Assembly: GCA_020351835.1 (NCBI GenBank)
Contig: CP070669.1
Location: forward strand, 2,107,918-2,124,978
Reading direction: 5' to 3'
DNA: 17,061 nucleotides
From: Nitrospirota bacterium
Lineage (GTDB): Bacteria > Nitrospirota > Thermodesulfovibrionia > Thermodesulfovibrionales > BMS3Bbin05
Numbering within the stretch: the first letter of the stretch is position 1; each line of letters opens with the position of its first letter. The notes under the pieces were generated by a model. It saw nothing but the letters and a program-made list of their open reading frames with translations, made no database searches and was not told the DNA's origin. Shown here in pieces: positions 10,101 through 17,061 of the stretch. The position numbers and the translations under genes were made by a program.

Positions 10101-11810
10101 TTACTGGGTGCCTATACCACCGACAACAATTGAAGAGTACTTACCTGCAGATACGTCACTTACGACAGATACATCCCACATTCTGACCGGTGCAGGCTTG
10201 ACAGGCTGGTCATGCAGGTCCTTACCCCATACCCATGTAGTCCCGTCGTTCATAAGTGCCAATGTATGATACATACCGGCCGAAACCTTCTTAATACTTC
10301 CTACCCCCGGTATCTTAAAGGCTACCGAACCGTTTGCGTCCTTTTTCCCGAGCTGACCGAACTCATTGCCTCCCCAGGCCCAGACCGAACCGTCCTTCTT
10401 AAGAGCTACGGTATGATAAAGCCCTGCCGATATCCCTATCATCCCTGACAGGCCTGGAACCTTAATTGGCGATGTCCTCATCTTTCGTGACCTGTCCCCC
10501 AGTATTCCGTTAATGTTCCAGCCCCAGGCCCAGACCGAACCGTCAGAACCCTGCGCTACCGTGTGGTGAAGTCCGGCCGAGGCGTTCTTTATGCCTGTAA
10601 GTCCCTTTACATTCACCGGGGCCTCCCTTGATCTAGTCGAACCGTCACCCAACTGCCCCTGGACATTCCATCCCCAGGTGAACACTGATCCGTCCTGCTT
10701 TACGGCCACATTATGGAACATTCCTGCATCTACAGAAACTATGTTATTCAGGCCTTTCACTTTGACAGGTTCATTACTGTCCCTGGTCGACCCGTTACCA
10801 AGCTGACCGTAAGAGTTACCGCCCCATGCCCACACGGACCCGTCAGCGCTGAGAGCTATTGTATGGTACATGCCTGCAGAAACATCCGTTACCCTCATCA
10901 GGTCCTTCACCAGCACCGGGATCTTACTGTCTATGTTGTCGCCGTTGCCAAGCTGTCCACGGTTGTTGCGCCCCCATGTCCAGGCCGATCCATCTGATTT
11001 GATGGCAACAGAATGGTCTACTCCCGAAGCGACACTGATCACGTCTTCCATTCCGCCGATAGGCAAAAGGCCCTCCCTGCTATTATTGCTCCCATCTCCC
11101 AACTGTCCATATTCGTTAAGGCCGCCTGTCATCACCGCACCGGCGACTGCTTTTTTAGGCATCCAGCTCGAACGGACCGGCCACAGGAACTTGTAACTGC
11201 AGGCTGACATATAGTCTATTGTCATCTCTCCGGATGCGATATCAAGGATCCATACGTAGTCGATTATATCCCTGCCGGTAGACGCCGACCAGTAAAAATG
11301 GTTCTGTACACCGTCAAAGGGATGTCCAACCTGAAGAGCAGGATAGAACTTTGACCTGTCTATAAGGGTCTGAAGCTCGTTTATCGCCGGGAGCCTCCAG
11401 TCCGTATATCCGAAATTAGGTCTTATACCGCTGTTCATCTCCTGGATGTACTGTCTGGCACCAAGCCATGGAAGAGGAAGTTTGTGTATATTGGCGTCCT
11501 TCATCCATATAAGCCCGGTATCCCTGTCGAGTACGGTACCGTCCCCATTGTCCGCGAACCTGTGAGAGGTGCCGGAAGAGACCTTTTGAGTGCTTTTCTT
11601 AGACTGAACCTTGCCGGTCTTCTTCTCTGCAGCTGTAGATTGGATTGCAAATGTAAGCGAAAAGAACACGATGGTGACCATGCAGATAAACCTGATCAAA
11701 GGGATTTTTCTTTCGATATCAATCATTTTTATTAGCTCAATACCCTTGTTAACACAAAAACCGGCTTTATTGTAATGAAAGCCGGTCGTCAATATCAAGC
11801 GCTCATACAT
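10101..11810 (-). CDS. Exported DUF1566 (Lcl C-terminal-like) + RCC1/BLIP-II-type beta-propeller repeat protein. The likely start is the internal ATG at 11724-11726.
   Basis: Hydrophobic signal sequence IPLIRFICMVTIVFFSLTFAIQSTAA. DUF1566-like segment RFADNGDGTVLDRDTGLIWMKDA...YTDWRLPAINELQTLID...YWSAST...LWPVRS. Several RCC1 units of type VSAGMYHTIALSADGSVWAWGGNSYGQLGNGSTRDSNEPVKVKGL. Confidence 0.9.
   Translation of the reverse strand: MYERLILTTGFHYNKAGFCVNKGIELIKMIDIERKIPLIRFICMVTIVFFSLTFAIQSTAAEKKTGKVQSKKSTQKVSSGTSHRFADNGDGTVLDRDTGLIWMKDANIHKLPLPWLGARQYIQEMNSGIRPNFGYTDWRLPAINELQTLIDRSKFYPALQVGHPFDGVQNHFYWSASTGRDIIDYVWILDIASGEMTIDYMSACSYKFLWPVRSSWMPKKAVAGAVMTGGLNEYGQLGDGSNNSREGLLPIGGMEDVISVASGVDHSVAIKSDGSAWTWGRNNRGQLGNGDNIDSKIPVLVKDLMRVTDVSAGMYHTIALSADGSVWAWGGNSYGQLGNGSTRDSNEPVKVKGLNNIVSVDAGMFHNVAVKQDGSVFTWGWNVQGQLGDGSTRSREAPVNVKGLTGIKNASAGLHHTVAQGSDGSVWAWGWNINGILGDRSRKMRTSPIKVPGLSGMIGISAGLYHTVALKKDGSVWAWGGNEFGQLGKKDANGSVAFKIPGVGSIKKVSAGMYHTLALMNDGTTWVWGKDLHDQPVKPAPVRMWDVSVVSDVSAGKYSSIVVGGIGTQ
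10110..11090 (-). repeat. Degenerate in-frame tandem repeat array encoding roughly 50-residue RCC1-type units (approximate boundaries, about 7 units)
   Basis: Recurring (D/N)ASAG.YH.VAL..DGSVWAWG.N..GQLG.G......P..V.GL in the translated minus strand. Confidence 0.85.
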
Positions 11811-11932
11811 AAGAGTTCCCTATTAGTTCATAAACAACTTTACAATTAAGTTAACGATATGATAGTCTGATGAGTTTTTACGATCAGTCTTTGATTTTAC
11901 CCATTTAACTACGATCTGAGAGGGAGTTTATT

Positions 11933-13357
11933 ATGACAATCAAATCTAAGTACTCTCCATTAATCGCGATCATCTTCTTTCTGGCCATCGGTGTTAATTT
12001 CGCATTCGCTGCTAATATGAGCGAGGACTTCGCATTTAAGATCTCGTTAGAGAACCACCTGGAGAAGAGGCTGAAACACATAATCACCGAGATCACCGGA
12101 AGCGACAGGGGTGTCATCATAATCAATGCCGATATCGGCACGGTCAAGGGCGGTGATTCCAACAAAGGAAGTATAACAAAGAAAAAGAGCCAGGATGCGC
12201 TAGTATTGCCCGGAGTTCCGGTAAAGAAAGAGTTCGGTACGGGCCTTAAGGAGACTGCTGAGCTTCTCTTCCCCGGAGCGGGCGGCAGTAAATATAAGGT
12301 AAACAAAATGAGCGTCTCCATATGGCTTGATAAAGGGCTTTCACAGTCAATTGTAGACCTTGTAGATAACCTTGCAAAGCAGGTTGTCGGTTACAACGAG
12401 ACGAGAGGGGATAAGGTTGAAATAGTTCCGATCGACTTCAAGGGAGAGAAGTTCTACTGGTCCTCGATATTCTATCCCAAGAACCTTTTCATACTAGCAC
12501 TTGGCCTTGCGGCGGCCCTTTTCTTTCTCGCTGGAGCGTCGTTCCTGTCGGACCCTCTTAAGAACCTTTCAAACGCAATTGCTTCGGTCGACTGGGACCA
12601 GGTAAGGGGCGCAAACGCAGGGATAGAAGCATATAGCCCCAGCTACGAGATGGAAGAACCCGGAATAAGCAGTGATATTACTGGAGCATACGATGCAGGC
12701 GAGCAGCAGCCTTTCTCTTTCATATCCGAGAGAGACCTCTCTAACCTGTCATATCTTCTTAAAGACAGATCGGCTGAGGATATAGCAACGGTAGCTAACT
12801 TCCTCGAGATAGATCTGGCGGCAAAATTGCTCGAATCTTTCGGCACGGATGAACAGGCAGAGGTTGCCCTGCACCTTAGCAATGAGAAGGTCGACCCGGA
12901 CGGGGTAAAGAAGCTCGAGTCCGAGATAAGAGAACAACTAAGCTACGTTGTCGGGGGAGAGAGGAAGTTCATATCGCTCATGAGACTTTCGGATGATGAT
13001 GTCAGGGAAAAGGCTATGGGCATGATGGAGCAGAAGGACAGGGATACCGCATCCCGACTGAAGACCAGGGTAAAGAGCTTCGATGATACAATATCAGATC
13101 TTCCGGCACAGGGCATAAGGGCACTTTACAGAAGGACCAACCCTCTCATCTTCGCGCAGATCGTAAAAGGCTCGTCAGATAAGGTAATAGAGAAGATCCT
13201 GGGATCGCTCAGTGAGGGCGCGGTCGAAAGGCTCAAGCAGGAGATGGAGCTCAGCCAGCCTCTTTCACCCGGACGCCTTCGCAAAGAAAGAATAAACCTC
13301 ATGATGCGCCTTGCAAGCCTTATGGATGAGGGAGCAATAGAAGGAGTGAACAACTGA
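11933..13357 (+). CDS. Exported/membrane FliF C-terminal-domain + FliG fusion protein (rotor-like)
   Basis: SD GAGAGGGAG before ATG. aa 1-27 signal peptide. aa ~38-70 LENHLEKRLKHIITEITGSDRGVIIINADIG resembles the FliF EKRV...VRVxVNADVDF segment. aa ~123-170 VNKMSVSIWLDKGLSQSIVDLVDNLAKQVVGYNETRGDKVEIVPIDF resembles the FliF C-terminal AVGYDxxRGDxVxVVNMPF block. TM at aa ~184-205. aa ~262-472 is FliG-like, including GG..KFISLMRLSDDDVREKAMGMM, LKTRVKSFDDTISDLPAQGIRALYRR and KGSSDKVIEKILGSLSEGAVERLKQEME...INLMMRLASLMDEG. Confidence 0.82.
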   Translation: MTIKSKYSPLIAIIFFLAIGVNFAFAANMSEDFAFKISLENHLEKRLKHIITEITGSDRGVIIINADIGTVKGGDSNKGSITKKKSQDALVLPGVPVKKEFGTGLKETAELLFPGAGGSKYKVNKMSVSIWLDKGLSQSIVDLVDNLAKQVVGYNETRGDKVEIVPIDFKGEKFYWSSIFYPKNLFILALGLAAALFFLAGASFLSDPLKNLSNAIASVDWDQVRGANAGIEAYSPSYEMEEPGISSDITGAYDAGEQQPFSFISERDLSNLSYLLKDRSAEDIATVANFLEIDLAAKLLESFGTDEQAEVALHLSNEKVDPDGVKKLESEIREQLSYVVGGERKFISLMRLSDDDVREKAMGMMEQKDRDTASRLKTRVKSFDDTISDLPAQGIRALYRRTNPLIFAQIVKGSSDKVIEKILGSLSEGAVERLKQEMELSQPLSPGRLRKERINLMMRLASLMDEGAIEGVNN

Positions 13358-13358
13358 T

Positions 13359-14135
13359 ATGGATTTTATGACTATCATAGGACTGCTCCTCGGCGGCGCA
13401 ACGGTTTATCTCGTAATGCTTCAGGGAAATATTCTTGACATGGTACTTAACCCTGTCGCCGCACTGCTCGTGTTTGGAGGAACTTTCAGCGCTACACTAA
13501 TAGCATATCCGTGGGACCTTATAAAGCAGACCGTTCCATCTTTCAGACTTATGTTCTTCCCTAAGAGGAACACATATGAATATCTTGAGGAGGTCGTTGA
13601 GTCGATGACCTCATTGGCAGAGAAGGCGAGAAGACAGAGCATAGAAAGCCTTCAGGGAGACCTTGGCAAGATAGAGAGCAAGTTCTTTTCGCATGGCATG
13701 CAGATGGTTATAGATGGCCTGGACCCGGCCATAGTCAGGGATAACATGGAAAAAGAGATCCTGTATACCAGACAGAGCTTCCAAAAAGTGTGCGGAGTGT
13801 TCCGTACAATGGCAACACTTTCTCCGATATTCGGGCTTCTCGGTACCCTCATAGGAATAGTCGGGGTCCTCCGCAATCTTGCTGACCCTGCATCTATGGG
13901 AAGCAATATGGCAATCGCTATAACGACCACATTTTATGGTATATTCGCCGCAAACTTTCTTTTTCTGCCGATCTCCATAAAGCTGAACGAACACAGTGAA
14001 CGGGATGTCCTGATCAAGGAACTTATAGCAGAAGGCATTATTGCCATTCACAGCGGTGACCTGCCGCTCATAGTCAGGAAGAAACTCAACGCATTTCTTT
14101 CATCCCACATAAGGGAAAAAAGCGAAAGCAAATAA
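13359..14135 (+). CDS. MotA-like proton/sodium channel stator protein
   Basis: 258 aa: NPVAALLVFGGTFSATLIAYPW, LAEKARRQSIESLQGDL, VIDGLDPAIVRDNMEKEI, TMATLSPIFGLLGTLIGIVGVLRNL...MAIAITTTFYGIFAANFLFLPISIKL. Starts 1 nt after the previous stop. Confidence 0.95.
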   Translation: MDFMTIIGLLLGGATVYLVMLQGNILDMVLNPVAALLVFGGTFSATLIAYPWDLIKQTVPSFRLMFFPKRNTYEYLEEVVESMTSLAEKARRQSIESLQGDLGKIESKFFSHGMQMVIDGLDPAIVRDNMEKEILYTRQSFQKVCGVFRTMATLSPIFGLLGTLIGIVGVLRNLADPASMGSNMAIAITTTFYGIFAANFLFLPISIKLNEHSERDVLIKELIAEGIIAIHSGDLPLIVRKKLNAFLSSHIREKSESK

Positions 14136-14818
14136 TGCTCCTTAAGCGTATCTATTCCGACCAGCACAGAAAAAGGTCGAGCCCATTGTGGCTCATCATA
14201 TTCTCCGACATGAGCACTAATCTCATGCTCTTCTTCCTTATACTCTTCGCCATGACAAGGATGAGCGATCCCGAGAGGCAATTGATGATAGAGGGAATGG
14301 AGCATGCGGTAAGCGATGAGGTAAGGAAGACCGAGCTTAAAGGAGAAAAGCTCCTGAGGCAGATCAAGGATGAAGATGCCATCAGTAACCTGCGGAACGC
14401 AATAACATACGGCAAACTGGCCGGCCACGCAAAACTGGAAGTTGACGAGAACGAGGTAAAGGTCACACTGAACCTGCCGCGTTTCTTTTCTATCGGAAGT
14501 GCGGAACTGAACGACAATATTACCGATGCACTGTCAAGTCTTGCGGAGCCTCTGAGCCGCTTTCCTAATGACATTGTCATAGAGGGCCATACCGATAACG
14601 TGCCTGTAAGGGGCGGGAGATACCGATCGAACTGGGAGCTGTCCGTAGCTCGCGCGGTGAGCGTTATAGATTTCTTTACCAAAAGGGGATTATTGCCGGA
14701 ACAGCTAATATCAGCAGGGTACGGTGAGTACCACCCTGCATACCCTAACGACACTGAAGATAACAGGTCGCGCAATCGACGGATAGAGATCAACATAATA
14801 AGGAAACAGAGGCTATAG
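14135..14818 (+). CDS. MotB-like stator protein with C-terminal OmpA peptidoglycan-binding domain, TM aspartate retained
   Basis: WLIIFSDMSTNLMLFFLILFAM (D25 at the MotB D32 position) and OmpA-like domain IVIEGHTDNVPVRGGRYRSNWELSVARAVSV...NRSRNRRIEI. Overlaps the motA stop by 1 nt (TAATG). Confidence 0.93.
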   Translation: MLLKRIYSDQHRKRSSPLWLIIFSDMSTNLMLFFLILFAMTRMSDPERQLMIEGMEHAVSDEVRKTELKGEKLLRQIKDEDAISNLRNAITYGKLAGHAKLEVDENEVKVTLNLPRFFSIGSAELNDNITDALSSLAEPLSRFPNDIVIEGHTDNVPVRGGRYRSNWELSVARAVSVIDFFTKRGLLPEQLISAGYGEYHPAYPNDTEDNRSRNRRIEINIIRKQRL

Positions 14819-14822
14819 CTAT

Positions 14823-15473
14823 ATGCTATCTTTTACTAAACTTATAATAGCTTCAGAAAGGGACCGCGATGACAGCTCGCTCTGGATGCTTCCCTACAGT
14901 ACCCTGATGCTTATACTGCTCATTTTCTTTGCAATCCTGTTTGTTGATTCATATAAGCAGTCAATAGACTATGAGATGGCTATTGCTGAACTTGACGATA
15001 CGAACGAAGGCCTGAAGAAAGAGATAATCCTTGCCAAGAACATGCAGAAGTATATAAACGATAATAATATGAACGATATCGCGGAGATTAAAGTATCGGC
15101 TCGTTTTATAAAACTTGACCTCAAAAGCCCGGCTCTGTTTGAAAGCGGTTTGGCAGACCTTAAACCGGGTATACTGCCTCTGTTCAGAGAGCTAGCGGAT
15201 AACCTGAAGAATGTAGATAACACTGTCGTGGTAGAGGGCCATACCGATAACATCCCTATACATAACAGGTTCTTCGATTCGAACTGGGAGCTTTCATCTG
15301 CCAGGGCATTCAGTGTATTATATTTCCTTATAAATAAAGAGATCGATCCGGAAAGACTTATTGCCCACGGTTTCGGCGAGTTCAGGCCGATCTTTTCGAA
15401 CGATACAGCGGATAACAGGGCTCGTAACAGACGGATCGAGATCACTATCATAAGGAAGGGTAGAGAAGCATGA
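14823..15473 (+). CDS. Second MotB-like protein with OmpA domain, TM aspartate replaced by Thr
   Basis: WMLPYSTLMLILLIFFAILF followed by VVVEGHTDNIPIHNRFFDSNWELSSARAFSVLYFL...DNRARNRRIEITIIRK. Starts 4 nt after the first MotB-like gene. Confidence 0.9.
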   Translation: MLSFTKLIIASERDRDDSSLWMLPYSTLMLILLIFFAILFVDSYKQSIDYEMAIAELDDTNEGLKKEIILAKNMQKYINDNNMNDIAEIKVSARFIKLDLKSPALFESGLADLKPGILPLFRELADNLKNVDNTVVVEGHTDNIPIHNRFFDSNWELSSARAFSVLYFLINKEIDPERLIAHGFGEFRPIFSNDTADNRARNRRIEITIIRKGREA

Positions 15474-16768
15474 GGAAGATAGCGGTCATACTTGTGCTCT
15501 TAATGAGCTTTTCATCGTCGGCTGATGCCATTACTGCCCGACAGCTGGAGAAGGTAGAGGAACTCAAGACAGAGGCTTTAGAGCTGCTTCGCAAAAAGGA
15601 GTTCGATAAAGCTGTCCCGGTCCTGAATGAGATACTCGCAATAGACCCTCTTGAAAAGACAGCTAACAGGTACCTTAACCTTGCCAAGCAACAGGCGATG
15701 GAGCCTTTCTGCCAGGAGGCGGCCGAGGCTTTCATGAAAGATGATTATGCCAGCGCTATAGACTCATGGGAAAAGATATTAAGGATGAACCCTGGGGATC
15801 AAAGGTTCTCACGCCTGATAGAGATCACAAAGAACCTCGTCTCTGACAAGACCATCGATGAGATGTATTCGCGTGCGAATGACTTTCTAGAAAAGGGCGA
15901 CAGGAACTCGGCTGCCAATGAGCTCGAGAAGATCCTTTCCATTAAACCTTACGACCGGCGTGCACGAGAAATGCTTGCCAAGGCCAAACAGTCGGTCTCA
16001 AGCGCAAAGACCAAGAAACACTACGATCAGGCTGACCAGTATATGAAGCAGAAGAAATACGACCTGGCCATAGAGGAGTGGAACAAAGTACTCGCGATAG
16101 ATGACAGCCAGCAAGCCGCAAAAAGGCTTATTGCATCGGCCATAAGAGAGAAGATACAGATACAGTACTCCGAGGCTGAGAAACTTTACAGGAAGGGCGA
16201 TTACCTTTCCGCGCGCGACAACTACTACAAGATCCTGGTCGATAATCCGACCGATCTTGATGTAAAGACGATCATATCCAACCTTGACGATACCACAAAG
16301 ATCGTAAACCGGATGGATGAAAGAGGAAAGGCTTACGATATCATGAGGACCTCTCTATCCAACCATATAGCGATAGACGGCAACAAGAAAGCGGCCGTAG
16401 CTGCTGCATGGTACGCAGTACAGATAGACCCCCAGAACACTACGGCACTTGCTATCAAGAACTACATGGAAATGAAGTATGCAACTCTCGTAGCTACAAT
16501 GGAACCCCCTATTGGTTCTATGAACATAATCGACCAGTATCTGTTCGCCGCCCTTAACCACATATATGAGGGGCGCTATGATATGTCGATACAGGAAACT
16601 GGGATAGTGATAGCGCTCGACCCGGACAGCCTTCTCGCATGGAAAAGGCTCGGATCGGCTTACTTTGCGATGGGAGAGAAGAAGAAGGCGCGTAATGCGT
16701 GGCAAAGGGCGCTGAAGATAGACCCCAATGATAAAGAGCTGAAACAGTTCATTAAACAGGCAAAATGA
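15470..16768 (+). CDS. Exported tetratricopeptide-repeat protein
   Basis: Signal peptide MRKIAVILVLLMSFSSSADA and multiple TPR units, e.g. YDQADQYMKQKKYDLAIEEWNKVLAIDDSQQAA, YSEAEKLYRKGDYLSARDNYYKILVDNPTD and LLAWKRLGSAYFAMGEKKKARNAWQRALKIDPND. 4-nt overlap with the upstream gene. Confidence 0.93.
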   Translation: MRKIAVILVLLMSFSSSADAITARQLEKVEELKTEALELLRKKEFDKAVPVLNEILAIDPLEKTANRYLNLAKQQAMEPFCQEAAEAFMKDDYASAIDSWEKILRMNPGDQRFSRLIEITKNLVSDKTIDEMYSRANDFLEKGDRNSAANELEKILSIKPYDRRAREMLAKAKQSVSSAKTKKHYDQADQYMKQKKYDLAIEEWNKVLAIDDSQQAAKRLIASAIREKIQIQYSEAEKLYRKGDYLSARDNYYKILVDNPTDLDVKTIISNLDDTTKIVNRMDERGKAYDIMRTSLSNHIAIDGNKKAAVAAAWYAVQIDPQNTTALAIKNYMEMKYATLVATMEPPIGSMNIIDQYLFAALNHIYEGRYDMSIQETGIVIALDPDSLLAWKRLGSAYFAMGEKKKARNAWQRALKIDPNDKELKQFIKQAK

Positions 16769-17061
16769 TGACAAACACAAAATTACTATATAGACTTCTG
16801 CTTTTGGTCCCGGTCGTTATGTTCACGATATCCGTTACCGGCAATGTATCGGCTGCAGACAAGAAAGATTGTCTTGAATGCCATGGAGCCATGACCAAGG
16901 CGACAATAGTGCACAAAGCTATCGATAAAGGGTGCAACTCCTGTCACGGCAACTCACACGCAGGCGGATCGCCGCAGCTTGCACTTAAAGGTGACCAGCC
17001 CAGGCTCTGTTATGACTGTCATAGATCCGGTCAGTTCAGAAAGAAGCACCAGCATGTGCCA
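16765..17061 (+). CDS. Exported multihaem c-type cytochrome (doubled-CXXCH-like), truncated by the right window edge
   Basis: Frame from ATG 16765 (or 16768) reads MMTNTKLLYRLLLLVPVVMFTISVTGNVSAADKKDCLECHGAMTKATIVHKAIDKGCNSCHGNSHAGGSPQLALKGDQPRLCYDCHRSGQFRKKHQHVP. Three CXXCH motifs follow a signal peptide, and it overlaps the TPR gene stop (ATGA). Confidence 0.9.
   Translation, partial: MMTNTKLLYRLLLLVPVVMFTISVTGNVSAADKKDCLECHGAMTKATIVHKAIDKGCNSCHGNSHAGGSPQLALKGDQPRLCYDCHRSGQFRKKHQHVP

Noticed and set aside
11811-11932. Promoter or operator for the motor cassette (TATGAT at 11858-11863, short CTGAT/ATCAG inverted repeat at 11867-11887)
   Set aside because: No -35 hexamer at suitable spacing and the inverted repeat has only 5-bp arms. 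Not distinguishable from chance by eye.
11905-12321. Minus-strand ORF antisense to the FliF-FliG fusion start
   Set aside because: The opposite strand has a Shine-Dalgarno, signal peptide and domain matches. This frame has none.
14152-14796. 214-aa minus-strand ORF opposite the first MotB-like gene (also 14048-14428, 14969-15451 and 16355-16780)
   Set aside because: Long antisense frames are expected opposite biased codon usage; no motifs. The sense proteins are unambiguous.
13359-15473. Interpretation as a Zorya-type anti-phage system (ZorA/ZorB are MotA/MotB-like)
   Set aside because: The MotA homolog is of ordinary length (258 aa) without the long ZorA cytoplasmic tail, there is no ZorC/ZorD/ZorE-like gene in view, and the FliG-type rotor partner argues for a motor instead.
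11933-16768. Interpretation as a normal flagellar operon
   Set aside because: No export apparatus, rod, hook or chaperone genes are visible, the rotor proteins are fused and truncated, and there are two MotB paralogs. Flanking sequence outside the window is needed to be certain.
1-17061. CRISPR arrays, tRNA/rRNA genes, transposases, integrases or phage genes
   Set aside because: None seen in either strand. The window is densely coding with short intergenic regions and no spaced direct repeats or mobile element signatures.

Overview
This window looks like ordinary bacterial chromosome, with two head-to-tail blocks. (1) The left block (minus strand) is a complete-looking de novo pyrimidine operon in the order pyrR-pyrB-pyrC-carA-(conserved membrane protein)-carB (carB truncated at the left edge). 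It is preceded by a good sigma70-type promoter and a 5' leader with a PyrR-binding-loop-like hairpin plus an intrinsic terminator. Upstream on the same strand are a soluble lytic transglycosylase-nadA pair, a TusA-like protein, and a DUF1566 + RCC1-repeat secreted protein; a small secreted protein is encoded on the plus strand. (2) The right block (plus strand) is the most interesting. It is a tightly packed set of an exported FliF(C-terminal part)-FliG fusion protein, MotA, a MotB-like protein with the TM aspartate, a second MotB-like protein lacking it, an exported TPR protein, and the start of a multihaem c-type cytochrome. No flagellar export, rod or hook genes are visible. I interpret this as a candidate minimal rotary-motor cassette, derived from or related to the flagellar rotor/stator but not an ordinary flagellar locus. 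By-eye alignment suggests one rotor-stator charge pair is retained (MotA R91 / FliG-like E437) and the other is jointly lost (MotA Q99 / FliG-like G429). All family assignments come from reading motifs in the translations; no database search was run.
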